DNA of 63,541 bases, the filler included, from Reclinomonas americana ATCC 50394 (lineage: Eukaryota): the NCBI GenBank assembly GCA_048213135.1. It is 13 parts of 13 records of this genome, joined end to end, with 100 filler letters (N's around TTAATTAATTAA, not from the genome) between each part and the next. Parts side by side here need not be neighbours in the genome. Positions count along the whole stretch, not along the records: positions 15,839 to 27,645 come from AFZH01021171.1; positions 27,746 to 29,053 come from AFZH01021172.1; positions 29,154 to 31,840 come from AFZH01021173.1; positions 31,941 to 37,026 come from AFZH01021174.1; positions 37,127 to 49,345 come from AFZH01021175.1; 8 more parts are not named here. The stretch is one strand, 5' to 3'. This document shows positions 25,501-40,600 of the stretch, piece after piece (the stretch's first letter is position 1; each line of letters begins with the position of its first letter). Position numbers and translations under genes: made by a program. The notes below the pieces were generated by a model, which was not told the origin of the DNA, did not search any database, and saw only the letters and a program-made list of their open reading frames with translations.

Positions 25501-26113
25501 CTGCACCGCGTGGATAAAATGTAATCTCAAGGGCGGACGCCGGCTGCGCATGCAGAGTCTCCCACGGTGGTGGCCATACCAAGTAAACAAAAATTGCCTG
25601 CGCTGCAATACCGAAGACTCTCTCCATGCTGATCCGTTCGCTCAGCTGTTTATGCCAATCTGTTACTGTCGACTAAAGACTCTTGCCCTGGCGGGTGAGA
25701 TGCGGTCCGCAAAACCAACCCTGGAGAAACGGCGTATTTTCTTTGCATCATGCATTTGCAGACATGCACCTCCCCAACGGAGCGAGAGCCCTTCACCGGC
25801 GCCGGCTTGTGCTTCTCACAGATCTCCTCGGTCGCCTGCGTATCTGCAACAGCTGACACCACGGCCACAACCAAGAAGAGAGAGAGAGAGCGACATGAGC
25901 AAACAATAAACGAATTTGCGCATAGCCAATCAAAACGGTTTGGTGGAAACGAAAAATCGGCATCCATCGCACGCACCCCTCTGTCCGTCAGTGAGCACAG
26001 AGCGCAGCTTGTTTGGAGGTTTTTACAGTTGTGCGTGTGAGCGAGAAGAGGAAAAGAAGGCGAAGACGAAGGATAGTTGCAAACAAACGCCCACTGCTTA
26101 CACACACTGAAGA

Positions 26114-27611
<1,498 letters not shown>

Positions 27612-27991
27612 GTTGCGTCGTCGGTGTTGTCTCTTGTTGCCTTCTNNNNNNNNNNNNNNNNNNNNNNNNNNNNNNNNNNNNNNNNNNNNTTAATTAATTA
27701 ANNNNNNNNNNNNNNNNNNNNNNNNNNNNNNNNNNNNNNNNNNNNGTGTGTGTGTGTGTGTGTGTGTGTGCTCTATCCTTTTGTCCTCCAGCTCTCTGTG
27801 CAAAAAACTGTCTTGTGTCGATGATTCGATTTTCCTGCATCCTGTCGCCCCCCCTTTCCAGTTGCTCTTCCTTTTTTGTGTTGCGTCATCCGAGTCGATG
27901 TGTGTGTGTGTATGTGTCACCAGTTTCAGAAAAAGACCAAAAACAAAAAGCAGTGGATGGGAAGCCTTGATAAAGTTGAAAAACAACCAAT

Positions 27992-29551
27992 TCATGACTC
28001 GGTATCCGACGCCAGCGTCTCCTCTTCTCCTTCTCCTTCCCCTTCGTCGGCATCGGCCGCCGCCGTCGCCGCCTCGCCTCGTTTGCCGCGCCGCGTGGTG
28101 TCGTCCAGCCGCGACTGGCTCATGCCGCCCGTGGCGCTCTCCAAACGCCGCCGCTTCAGCGCCATTCTCGCCTCGCCAGTGATCGGGTCGTGCAGGCTCT
28201 CGTACAGGCGACGCACTTTCTTCGGCCCGAAGCCCGGGCACATGGCCAGCTGCTCCACGCTGGCCTCGGAGATCTTGCGCAAACTCTGCACTCCCCCACC
28301 CCATCAGTGACACACACCCACGTCACTTGCCTCCCAAAAAAGAGACAACGCAACTCCAAAGTTGGTGACGAGCGTGACGGCGTCGGTCTTGTTGACCGAG
28401 CGCACCGCCGTGAGGCACTCGGAGATACGCGAGGCCGGGTCGTCCTCCAGCCGCTCCTGGATGGCCTCGGCGTTGCGGCCCTGATACGCCTTCATGGTCT
28501 CAATGTAGCGCGCGGCCTCGGCCAGACTCCACGACAGGATGAGCGTCATGTTGCGACCGAGGGCCAGCGCGTTCAGATCGCACAGCACCCGCTCAAAGTT
28601 CGGCTGGTCGACGTGCACCAGCAGCACACGCGAGCGGTAGTGCCGATCCAACGCACGAATGCGGTTCTGAATGTACGACGGGTTGGTGGCGTGATAGCGC
28701 ACCGACAGGAACAGCACACAGTGGCTGACGCCGACGACGAAATCCGCCAACAAGTTCGCAAACTGATACGCGACACGCGATCGGAAGAAGCGTAGCAGTG
28801 CATTGCCCTCCTGTCGACGCGAAACAAGCATCCGTGGCGTGTCGGGATGCGGCGGCACTCTACCTCCAAACACATCGAGTAAGACAACTGTCAAATCCAA
28901 AGTCGACGCGCTCTCTCTCTCTCTCCACGCAACAGCAGCTGCTCAGTCTCGGGGATTAATGGCGCAGCAGCAGCTGCTCGTTGCACTGCAGCGGCCACTG
29001 ATCGCGCAGGAAACACGGGAGTTGTCGACACTGGCGCAGGAGGCGCAGGAGGANNNNNNNNNNNNNNNNNNNNNNNNNNNNNNNNNNNNNNNNNNNNTTA
29101 ATTAATTAANNNNNNNNNNNNNNNNNNNNNNNNNNNNNNNNNNNNNNNNNNNNGGAGGAGGCACAACAGCGTCCACTGCTGCTCGTCTTCTCGCCACCTC
29201 ATACGCATCCTCCACGTGCTCTTCTGCATCACCCTCGCCAACACCAATCGCGCGCAGAATGGCACTGGAGCTCCGACTCCGCGGAATCGTCGACGTTGTC
29301 TGCTGTTGCTGCTGCTGTCTCTGCTGTCGATATGCATCAAAGGCAGCAGGAGGTGCAACTGCTGCCTGCTGCTCTCCTTCCTCCTCCTCCTCATCATCGT
29401 CCAGTCGCGGAACAGTCAGCCCACGTCGCATGCTCTCACAACAAAACGAAAAGTCCGCGCGTCCTCTTGCACTGTTTGTCCCCCCCTTTCTATTCCCTCG
29501 GATGTCTGCGCCAGCACCGCGTATTGGCGCACTGCTTGCTGACGCAGCCAT
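27992..29551 (-). CDS. ERCC1: DNA excision repair protein ERCC1/Rad10 (low-complexity N-terminus probably spans the gap at 29054-29153)
   Basis: RQEGNALL, ADFVVG, LFLSVRYH, RVLLVHVD, TLILSWSLAEAARYIET.K, SVNKTDAVTLVTNFG|SL, CPGFGPKKVRRL. The 5' end is tentative. Confidence 0.9.
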
Positions 29552-29678
29552 TCCGCTCGTTGAGGAGACAGTGGCGCTGTCTGCGTCAGAGGGGAACAGC
29601 ACGTTTCTGGTGGTGAATGAGTTGCGGCGACCGAGTGTGTCGGCGAGTGCACAGTGGGCGGTGCCTGCGCGTGTGTGG

Positions 29679-30949
29679 ATGGAGCATGTGGAGGTCGAGT
29701 CGCGTCGCTCAGCGCACGACTATGAGTGCAAGACGTGTGGAGTTGAGAATGAGATGATTGATGACGCACTATCAATCGAACTCTGTGTCTGACACGCAAA
29801 AAACGCAGGATTTGTGTGCCACTGACTTTGTCTTGTGTTGTCGCGGAGAGCACTATTTGTGTCGGTATGGAATCATCAATCTGCACGTTCGCATTTAATG
29901 TATGCGAGTGAGATATTGATTGGTGGATGCAGGGAGCATGTGACTGGCACAGTGGAGGGACGTGATTGGTGTGGCGGATGCGGTAAGACGACTCCGAGCA
30001 CGGCGATTGCGGCGTTGCCGGCGGTGCGTCGCACGTACGACAATCTGGAGATCAAATGCCCGCAGCCGCACTGTCGGCGATCCATGGTCTCTGCTGCTGC
30101 TGCTGTGTCTCTTCTGTTGACTATACTGACGTGTCTGGTCAGACCATGGGCGAGTACTACCGCGTGCATGCGATGTCGGTGTGCACGTATGCGTGCGAGT
30201 GCTGCGGGGCGCTGTTGCCGCTGAATGTGATGGAGGAGCACATGTGGAGCGAGTGCTTGCGCGAGTGTCCGCTTGGGTGCGGATCGCGCGTGTCGCTGAG
30301 TCGCTTGGAGCAGCACAGTCGCGAGGAGTGTCCGCGAGAGTGTCCGCGGCAGTGTGGCGTTCGGTGTCCGCTGTCTCGTATGCGGTTGCATGTGGGTGCG
30401 TGCGTGCGGGGTCCAGTCTGCTTCTTGCTGTATTCCCGATGCTCAAGTGATGGATGAGACAGGTGAGGAGTGTGGACTGCGACCGGTGGTCTGTCGGGCG
30501 GCCGATCTCGACTGTGCATGGCGTGGTCCGTGGCGGGACGCGGCGGAGCATGAGCGGACCTGCAATGTGCTTCAGTGTGAAGGACCCATTCGCGCGGTGT
30601 GTGATCAATGCTCCCCTATGTAGGGACCGACACCTGCTCATGAATGTATATTTGTGCCGTGGCGCAGCTCAAGGCCCGTGTCACGGATCTCGAAAAGTAC
30701 ATTTTGGATCTTGAGGACGGAATGATTGTGGTGCGAGCTCAGCTGGTCTCGGAGACCGAGCATGCCAGCAAGGAGATTGAACGCAGCCGGAAGCTGGAGG
30801 AGGAGTTGGCGGTGGAGCGGCAGATGCGTATTGACTTGCAGCAGCAGGTTCTGCAGTTGCACGAGCAACTAGCCCGGCGATCAGCGGCGGCCGCAGCCTC
30901 GCCACCACCTCAGAGAAACCACGGCAGCCCCAGTCAAGTTGCGTGCTGA
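29679..30949 (+). CDS. RING finger + TRAF-type zinc fingers + coiled coil (TRAF-like E3 without MATH domain)
   Basis: Spliced YECKTCG|DLCATDFVLCCRGEHYLC|REH...WCGGCG RING; NLEIKCPQPHC; CPLGCGSRVSLSRLEQHSREECP; CAWRGPWRDAAEHERTC; coiled coil then stop. Confidence 0.8.
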
Positions 30950-31108
30950 GCTGCTGTTCTGGAGAAGAACGTGAGAGTGTTGAAATTCACGCACGTCTCC
31001 TCTTGCAATGTAGTCGGGACCCTCATCACCACGCCCTGCCGATCACACTGTGCGTTGTCGTCGTCTTTGTTGTCCAGGTTTCCGTGAATTCTCATCACCC
31101 CCCTCCCG

Positions 31109-31840
31109 ATGCAGTCGCCGGGATCGAGTGTGGGTCTGGCGCCAAAGAACAAGGCCATTGCCGCCGCCGCCGCCGCTGCCAGCAGTCCATTTGTGGCTGC
31201 GGCAGTCGCCGGGAACGGAGCCTATTATTTTGACGGTCAGCTGTACTTGTGGGTTGAGGGTGCAGCGAACGAGGCCGATGCGGCTGCCATTGTTGCCAAT
31301 CGGGTGCGTTCGCTTTATCTTCTCTCTCCAGTCTTCGTCTTGTGCTGACTCGTTTAATTGGAAACTTGCAGAACAAGAGAGAACAAGCTACACGAGTAGA
31401 GGTGCGTTGCCTGTGATCGAATCCTCGCTTGAGGGTTGGTTCCCCCATCGTCTCACCGATGCGTCGTGCGCAGGAGGAGGCTGCGCTCAAGGCTGCCGCT
31501 GCGGCGTCGGCAGAGCAAGTAAGCGTATGCCGTTGTCCTGAATGTCTGCGCGTGATCCTCCCGCGTCTCTCACACGTCACGCAGGTGGCGGCCTACGAGA
31601 TTGCCAAGAGGCGGCAGGAGGAGCGCGAAATCATCGTCACACTAGACAAGCACAATAAGCCGAACGAGTGGTACATTATCGCGGTGGCCTGGCTGGACCT
31701 GTGGAAGCGTTTTGTCAATGGCGAGACCGACGTACCACCCGGGCCAGTCAACAACGACATTCTGCTGTCCCCAGATGGACGACCAAGGCCGGGCCTCACC
31801 AAGGCCGTGAATTATCGGGCCGTCAATCGCGAGGTGCGAT
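31109..31840 (+). CDS. DUSP-domain protein (domain of ubiquitin-specific proteases), 3' end in gap
   Basis: WYIIAVAWLDLWKRFVNGETDVPPGPVNNDILL...NYRAVNREV. Confidence 0.8.
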
Positions 31841-31940
31841 NNNNNNNNNNNNNNNNNNNNNNNNNNNNNNNNNNNNNNNNNNNNTTAATTAATTAANNNN
31901 NNNNNNNNNNNNNNNNNNNNNNNNNNNNNNNNNNNNNNNN

Positions 31941-31998
31941 TTTCTGCTTGCCAGCTCAAACTGCTGCCTCTCTGCATGGCTCTCTTGTGCTGAGGCCA

Positions 31999-32042
<44 letters not shown>

Positions 32043-32500
32043 GTGCATAACGCAACATCAACACCTCAAAGTTTGCCTCGTCAGTGATCGCCCCACCGTC
32101 CACTGGTCGATGCAACACCGTGTCCTTGGAGTAAAACATGCCGCGCGTCTCATTGCCCGCGCCCAACACCGCACCACCACGCTTGGCCCTCGCTGCCACA
32201 CTGGTATGAGAGAGAGAGAGAGAGATCGACGAGACCACACCACAAAAAACACTCACCGACCACCGAGTCAAACACGACCATTGGCGCGTCTTCTCCCGCA
32301 AAGCCGGCTCTTGTGCACACAGAGCCCGTGTCGATGACCACAATGGAGGATTGGAGAGCTGAGCCGCTCACGGCTGCGACCGCGGCCGCAGTCGCCGCTG
32401 CAGAGGAGCCTCCAGCTGAGGATTGCTGAGTGGCGCTCAGTCCGTTGCCGCCAGCACTGGGAGGCGGTGCGGAGCCGGAACCAGAAGCCTCGCCAGACAT
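31941..32500 (-). CDS. Divergent actin-related protein, 5' part
   Basis: IVVIDTGSVCTRAGFAGEDAPMVVFDSVVG|R..., HRPVDGGAITD. An N-terminal extension precedes the actin fold. Confidence 0.85.
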
Positions 32501-32818
32501 TGTGTGTGGAGAGTTGTGTTTCGCGCCCAGTTTAACTGCAAGCAGGTGCGAGCAATGTCCATCATTGTGGCGGGAAGTGGATTTCTGCTTGTGTTTTTTT
32601 TGCAGGTATGAGCATGGTGAGCTTGCTGGTGTGTTGTTGCTGCGGAGATCGCTGTGCATGCGACAACGGCGTTGAGAGGATTTTGATGTTTTGCACAACG
32701 TCGACGTCGCGATTGGGAGACCGTGAGCATGCAGCGCGCAGAGCACTGTGCATAGTCATGAGTGCGGCTTGTTGCACTATACACGCGCACCACTCATGCA
32801 CGCCAGGAGCTGCACGCA

Positions 32819-34072
32819 ATGGATCGCGACGTCGACGTCGTGATGGAAAACTCGCCCGTGCTCGTGCGCGCCTGTTCGTCTTCGTCGACACTGCCTCGCG
32901 CACCCGCCCTTGATCCCCGACGCGCCCACTGCGGCAGGTACAACGACTCGAGTGAGCACAACCACGCGCGCAGGACGCGATATCCGACTCGCGCGCCAAT
33001 GGGCGCCATGTGCGGGTGCGGCAGCGAGTCCGAGAACAAGGACACGCTTGCTCCCTTACAGCCGACACTTCCCTCTCCCACTCCTCCTCCTCCTCCTCCT
33101 CTTCCTCCGACACCCCCACGGCGTCGCTCAGTTCGCTTTGCTCCGGGTGTCTTCATTGATCACGTGCACGATGGGCTGTTGATGGCACGTCCCGACGACA
33201 ACAGCCGGCGCAGACCCACACTACGATCCCCCAAGTCAGTCGATCATGACGAGGTTCATCTCGTCACCGACACGGACAATCGTGATGGAGACTTGCAACG
33301 CGCCATTCTCGAGTCGGTGCGTGCGTTCGTGCGTGCGTGTGTGCATATGAGTGAGCGAGACGCGCAGCGGTGAATTTTCCGCCATTGTTTAGGTGAAGGA
33401 TGTCAGTCGACAACAAGCCGAGGTAGTCGAACGGCAACGCGCAGCTGCCAAGGTCGGTTTCGCTGTTTTTCTGTTGTCGTTCCTCGCATGCTCGCTCGTT
33501 TTGATCATGTGGTGGCAGGCGCGTGTGCTGAAGCGGCTGGAGGCGCTGGGCGAGGTGGAGATTGCGACTGTGATCGATGGTAATTGCTTCTTTGATGCGG
33601 TGGCCAAGCAGCTGGCGTACCTCGATGTGGAGCACTTGGATATGGGCGGTGTGCGTGCGCGAGTGGTGCAGTGGATGCAGGCGAATTGGGCCACCAAGAT
33701 CCACGTGGGCGACGGTCACATGTGCTCGTTGGAGGAGGCGGTGCAGCAATTCGGCTCGTCGGTGTCGTTTGACGAGTACACGCAGACTATGGCGTGTGAC
33801 GGCGTGTGGGCCGACGGGGCGTGCGTGTGGGCCACATGCCACGTCTTCCACATCACTCTGGAAATTCTCTCGTCCACCGAAGACGAAGACTACTTCATTA
33901 ACACGGTACGTGCGCTCTCTCCCCGTTTTCCCGATCGAGACACAAATGGACTCTCGCTTCAACTCCACCATGTGCGCAGTTTACCCCGGCGTCGCCAGCG
34001 TCCGTCACCGTCCCGTTAATCCACTATCTTGAGTGGCACTACAGTGCGCGCCGTCAAATCACTCCCATGTGA
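32819..34072 (+). CDS. OTU-family deubiquitinase with UIM-like motif
   Basis: DGDLQRAILES (UIM-like), DGNCFFDAVA (catalytic Cys), YTQTMACDGVWAD, spliced last exon IHYLEWHYSA (catalytic His). Confidence 0.85.
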
Positions 34073-34110
34073 ATCAGTGTAGCTTATCTTGTGTTGAGGT
34101 GTGTCCGCCC

Positions 34111-36134
34111 TCAGAGCACGATCGCGGTGCTGCACGACACCCGGCTGGCAATGACGGCCTCGACGACGGCCACGTCCACCTTGTTGCCTGCGCAGAGGTG
34201 GAAACGACTTGTCAGTCGCGCGGCGATCGACCGCAGAAACCGGAGACACAAGAAAACGCAACGACTGATGTCCAGCTCCACCAGAGAGGTGTTTTGCAAG
34301 ATATCAATCAGGGCCGCCGCCGTCAGCTCGCGTGCCTGGTACCGCGCAATCGCACCTGGGCGCACGTGGAGCGTGCATATGAGTGCAATCGCCAGCAAAT
34401 CAATCAGAGAGTGCGACACATACCTTCCAAGATCAGGTGGCGGAGCGAGCGGTGCCGTTGCGTGGCACGCAGAATGTCGTGCACAGCCACGACAGTTAGG
34501 GCGTTCCCTGCATGGGCGTGAGTGAGTGGAATGGGCGCAGCTAGATGTCACTCAGCTCGCACGCAACATGACAAGTCGAGCCGCTGCAGCGGTATTGGCG
34601 AATTCATGATGCGCACCAGCGACGCACTACTCATCAATCCATTCCACTGCAGCGACAGCTCGGTTATGCTGGTGTTGTCGCACAGAGCCTCCTCGATGGC
34701 ATGCAGACCCTCATCCGTCATTTCGACGCTGCTCAGCCGCAGTACGCGTACTATCGCAACACACCCGTCAATGCCGATATAGAGCAGCACAGCAGTCAAC
34801 GAAAAGAAGACATACCAGTTTGCATCTGCCGCAGGAATGGCCCAAAGTGGACCAAGCCAGCGGGACACAATTCGTTGTCGGAGAGATCGAGTTCCGTGAG
34901 GCTCGGAAGCTTCGACAGTGTGCGTGCCACACTGAAGCAAATGCCAAAATCGTGACGCAGGTGGTTGGCGCGAATGTGCAACGTGTGCAGCTTTTTCGCC
35001 AGTCGCAAATTGTCCAGGGAGGCCAAGGCTGGAACCGACGCACCAAGGTTATTGTGCACCAGCCGAAGCGACTCGATTTGCTGCACGTCCGCCGGTGAAA
35101 TCGCAGCGGGAAACACTGCGTCGACAACGGGCGGGTTCACGAATCGTCATCCTGGGGGGAGGCACACACGCACATGTACGCACCACCGGGAGACATCTCG
35201 GTGCTGTGCACTTCAATGTCCGCTATCCGAGACGACGAGGCGAGAATGGCCGGCACGAGTGCCGTGTGCAGTTCGTGCGGATACTCGGGCCACTCGTTCT
35301 CTGTCCGCATGCGGGATTGAACACAAATGCGTGTGCCCGTGCACATTGACCGACATACCTGCAAACCGCACACGCTCAAGCTTGGGGAATCGGGTCATGA
35401 TGACGGGCCAGGTCTGAGGGGCATGGAGCAGTGTGTGAGTGTCGGTCACTCAATCTTCGAAGCACGAACGAGACCCGCTCACCTTTTGCAGGGACTCGTA
35501 ATGGCCACGGAAAGTGTATTCGCGTGCAGACAGACAGCCGATTTCGAACCAGGCTGCTCAGCACAAGGCAATGAGAACCAATCCATAAATGTACTGCACA
35601 CTGTGAGCGCGTGCATTGGGGACTCACCTCGACAAACATTCCATTGCTTCCAGTGATCGTTCAAGTCAAAGTACATGAAAATGTAGTTCCACACCTGGCG
35701 TGCAACGTGTGAGGAACGTTCCACCACTGCAGAGAGACATGAAAACGTGTGACATGCCTCAACGGGGAAGATGTCCATGCCCGGCGCCAGCGTCGAGTGA
35801 AAAATGCTGTCGGACTACATGCGATATGATCAGCAGCAAGTGGGTCACGTACAGCGGCCGAAACAATGCACTCACCCGATCAACAGTGGGCAAGACGCCG
35901 GAGGCCAGTAGCATGTGGTGCCGGTCGGCTGCGCCAAGCACTGGTCGTCGTGGTCTGCGATCAGAACAATGAGCGTTTTCTTTCTGTCTTCCGTGGTCTG
36001 CAGAGTACGCACCTCAGCTGCGGATCACCAGCATGTCGCTGCTGCTGTCCCTCTCGACCCGGCCGTTGACGCGGCAGTGGACGTGGCTGCCGCCACGCCA
36101 GTTGCGGCATCCAGTTAGCCGGCTGCGGCACCAT
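34111..36134 (-). CDS. F-box / RNI-like leucine-rich repeat protein
   Basis: F-box-like DIFP(VE)|VWNYIFMYFDLNDHWKQWNVCR; LRRs LTELDLSDNELCPAG, ITELSLQWNGL, LVELDIS. Start tentative. Confidence 0.75.
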
Positions 36135-36219
36135 GAGCGCCGGAAACCGCAAATCGGCAGCGACGTGACTACTCATGCCCTCCTGCACGGCATGTGAGCG
36201 TTCGCAGTATTAACGCGTC

Positions 36220-37026
36220 TCAACCACCGTCTCTCGCGTTCCACACCTCCAACACGTTCTGGCATATCGACTGAATAATGGTCGGCAACTCGGGCAGCAG
36301 CGACCACTCTTCCGCCTCCAGCACACCCTGTTGCACGCAGAGTGAGGGAATGACATGCACGATGATCCAGCAGCACCCGGCCAACTCACGCAGAAAATGT
36401 CATCTGTGCGACTGCACGACGCTGTCAGACGGAATGATCAAGACAGAGAGAGAGAGAGAGAGCGGGGCAGACGCAACTATAGCGTTCCATTGCGATTTCG
36501 GAATAACATGGGTTTCGGCAGCATCAAGTGCGGCCGCTCGATCGGAAACTCGAGTGGAAACATCAGCAAGAGTTCGATGAACGGACCCTGCACAACGTTC
36601 AGCAACACACTGCCATTGGTTTGCGTGGCACCGCACGCACCAGATCGGGACGCCGCCAGTCGATTTGCGCGCACTCACGAATCCACGGTGCAAGAGCATA
36701 CACACGTCGCGAGGCCGGCGGCTGTTCGGGTCCACCCCAACTCCACCGAGTCTTGTACATGACAGAGGGCGGCAGCAGCGCACGCACAGTCCAGTGGGCG
36801 AAATTGGTCGTGCTGGGAATCACCCAGAAATGTTGCTGCCAGACAGCCGTGAGTGTCACTCCCCTCGCACATATATACACACACATACTCTCACTCACTC
36901 ACCGCCGGAAACACCCACTCCAGCGGATCACTGCTGCTCGGCAAGAAGCGCAGGAACTCGCCCACCAGACGACACGCCAGTCGTCGCCAGGCTTCCTCGG
37001 CCGGCGGTTGCGGCCGCCCCCCATCC
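36220..37026 (-). CDS. Hypothetical protein, possible UBC/UEV/RWD-like fold, 3' fragment
   Basis: IELLLMFPLEFPIERPHL resembles the F-P-x-x-[YF]-P-x-x-x-P motif of E2-like folds. Weak evidence. Confidence 0.35.
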
Positions 37027-37563
37027 NNNNNNNNNNNNNNNNNNNNNNNNNNNNNNNNNNNNNNNNNNNNTTAATTAATTAANNNNNNNNNNNNNNNNNN
37101 NNNNNNNNNNNNNNNNNNNNNNNNNNCCGTGTCGACATTGCTGGCTGGCGTTCACTCAATCGGTACGCTGCAGTGGTGGAACCGCATCAGCAGCTGGCGC
37201 GAGCACTCGGTGCTCCTGCGGTACCGCAATTAACGCTGCCGAAGCACTCGTCACCCTCCACTCCAGTCTCTCCGCCGCCGCTGCCACCACCGCCAGCAGC
37301 ACATGCAACCGCTCCAACAAGCCTCACACCACAGCAACTGGCTCCACGCGTACTGGACGTCTCCGGTCCGCTATCGCACTCGTCCATGTCTCCGCCGTCG
37401 GCTGCCGTGGTTCGTTCTGCTCATCGGCCCCACCTGCACGTTCTCCCCTCGATTTATCCCCTCCTCCTCTTCCTCGCAGCTTCCCGTCTCTCCAGGTCCA
37501 ATGTTGGCGTCGGAGCTCGGTCACGATGACTCGTGCGTTGCTCGTGTCCACTTCTCCTGCCAA

Positions 37564-37595
<32 letters not shown>

Positions 37596-37639
37596 GAGCT
37601 CACTTGTGATGCAATCGCAGGCAAGCGCACCGACACAAC

Positions 37640-40600
37640 ATGAGCCGCGACGATGCAGTGGATGCAAGTGGCGGCGACGACGATGGCGATGAACTCGACA
37701 AGCTGGACTTGGACGGCAGCATTGCCGTCTCACACGAAGGTGTGTGTTGCTGTGAGCAATGCCTTCCCAACGCCATGGTGTTGACGCGGTTGTTTACCAG
37801 AGCTGCGACTGGAAGTGGAGCAAGAACTGCGACGAGAGTACGCCGTGGTGGTAGCAAAGCAGGTGGAAGAGGTGCGCGGAGCGATGAATGCTCTGTTGCA
37901 GCGACTCGACGATGCTGTCACGCGGCGCAGCATGGATCTCGACAGTCGCCACGCGAAACTGTTGGCAGAGATCGCCGCGTTGCGCAAGTTGGTGCGCGAA
38001 CGCAGCGAGAAGGGTGCGTTTCAGCTGTGGATTGTGTGCGCGTTGCGTGTTTTTTCGGCTCTCACACTGTCGAGTCGTGTGCAGAGATGGCACAACCGTC
38101 AGACCGTGCGTGGTTCGAGCTGGAAAAGGCGGACATGGAGCGGCATTTGCGGGAGGAGTACGATCGACAACGTGCGCAAGAGGTGAGTGATGGTCGCGTG
38201 CTCTTGCTGCGCGTTCCACCAGCATCACAATGACGATTGTGGCAGGATTTGGAGACGAAAAAGAAAATGGTAAAGCTGATCAAGAAGCACAAGTTGGATC
38301 TGGAGAACGCACAAAGGCAAGTACGCATGGACACCGAAGCTGAGCTAACAGAAGGTGCGTGCGTGTTTTTGGGATGTGCTCGTTCGTGCTGCTGCTGACC
38401 ACGCAAGTGCAGCGTTCAACAAGGAGAAAAGCGCACTGGCGGTGGCACTCGGCAAGCGGCACGACGAGGCTTTGCGGGAGGCATCCAAGGTACGTGATGC
38501 CATGCGCCGCCCACAGACAGTTCTCGCTCACATTCGGTACTCGTCGCGCAGCGGGTACGAGAGGAAACAGAACAGCGAGTCCGCACCGAGGCCGCACAGC
38601 AGGCGAAAACCGAAGTCGCACACGCACACGCTCGTACTCTGGCGCACGAGCGCTCCACGTTTGAGCGTCAAATGGAGGAACTCCGCAAGGTGAGTACCGC
38701 TACGTGTGGCCTCGCTGAACATGCCTGGCTCATGGTAGCGAGACAGAGTCACCGCGCCGAGCTTGAAAACATGCGCAAGGACCTGGAGGCCAAGCAAGAC
38801 GAGACGGTGCGCAGTGTTTTGACTGAACAACGCGAGAGCTACGCCAAGCTGCTCGACGAGAGGACGAAGGTATGCAAACTCCTGCGTGTGCTTGTCATTG
38901 TGAAGCTGCCGCTCATGCTGATGCAGAAATGGGAGGCCGAGATCGAATTCGCACGGGAGCAGTCGGCGGCTGAGCTGAGACACGACTTGAACACTGCAAT
39001 CAAACTTGCGGATGAGCTGAGGTTTGGGACCGGGAGAGCGAGAAAAAAGCAACCGGCGCAATATCGCGTCACTCATACGCTTTGCACGACAGAAAACAAC
39101 ACGAAGTCGAATTGGTGGCTCTGCGCGAACAACTGCGGCGGACGGAGGAGAATCATGTCAAGGCCCTCGCTGACCAAAAGTCGCTGTTGAAGCTGCAACA
39201 GGAGGAGGAGCTGACACGGAAACTGCGGTGAGAGTGGTGTGGTTTCTCATTGTTTTCGCGTATTGCTGATTGCTTGGGGACCAGTGAGCGCGAGGAGCAA
39301 GTCAAGGCCGAGTTCCGGGGAGCTGTGGAGCGCAAGATGCGGGAGGTGCTGTTGCAGAAGATCAAGCCGCAAGTGCGAGCCGAGTTGAAGGAATCGCTGC
39401 GTACTGAAGTACGCAACGAGTTGATGCGCGAGGTCTGTCTCGGTGCACGCATTTTCTCCACGTTGCCGTCCTGCATCTGACATGGGGGCATGTGTGTAGT
39501 TGGGAGAGGCACTTGCCAAGGAGGCCATGGACAATGCAGCGGCAGAGGTGTGCAGTTGTTTTCGCTCACCTACAATGTTCTGTTGTGCCTCTTCTCACAC
39601 GATTGTCAGTTCGGAGCCGATCGAGACGCCGAGTTGGCGGCAGTGAAGGCAGAGTTGGAAGATCGCATGTACTTGTTGCGCAAGGAGTTGGAGGAGCAGC
39701 ATGCGGTGACGCTGCGAGAGCAGGAGAAACGAGTGCGTCGCGAGGCACTCTGCATATGACTCATCTTCTCGTGTACCCGCTCACTGTTGCGTTGATTGCT
39801 TGCGCGACAGTTCATGGATGGTCACGCAGCGCAGGTCGCCCGACTCGAGCACGACGTGGCGCACTTGAAGGTGCAGTGAGTGTCTACCAGTGTCATTCAC
39901 TGCTGCTGTGATTGACATGTGCAATCACACAGCGTGCACTGGACAAGGAGGAGATGGAGAAGCGTCAGCTGCTGCGCAAGCTCAACGACGACAAGACAGG
40001 CGGAGCGTTGCGTCCGTTCATCTGCATCTCTCTCCTTTCAATGTGCGTATTTCTCAACCGACAGTCGCTGTTCCAGACACCGTCGCGCGATGGCTGCTGC
40101 TGCCGTAGCTGCCGGTGGTACTGGAGCAGCAAGTGGACGTGCGCCAAGTGCGACCACCGGTGTTGCCGTGAGCGGATCGCAACGTGGTGAAGTCGGCAAG
40201 GCAAATGCGCCAGGCGCAAGTCGCGAGTTTCGCAGCGGCACGTTCTTCCCAGTGTTTTCTTCTTCTTGACTCATCTGTCCCTCGCCTTTCTTGCCATCGA
40301 CAGTCGTCTGGATGTTGTTGTTGCCGCTGGTCCCATCATGGGAGGTGGACTGGTGCGCAACGTCAGCGCCGATGCGTCAGTGTCACCAGGTTTGGTGCTC
40401 TCGTTGGCAGTCGATTTCCACGCCACCCAGCTCACGTCAATGACAGAGGTGTCACCGCGAGCATCGTCCGCGCCCCCTGCTCGTGCACGCCCAGCGCCGA
40501 CACAGCAGCAGCACCATCATCCAGCACACCACACACCTTCGGGCGTCACTGGCTACTCACCAAACTCATTCGCTGCGTACCAGACCACACCACCAGACAG

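Noticed and set aside
28959..29053. Plus-strand ORF MAQQQLLVALQ as a separate gene
   Set aside because: It is better explained as the antisense of an upstream ERCC1 exon that splices in phase from the donor at 28933.
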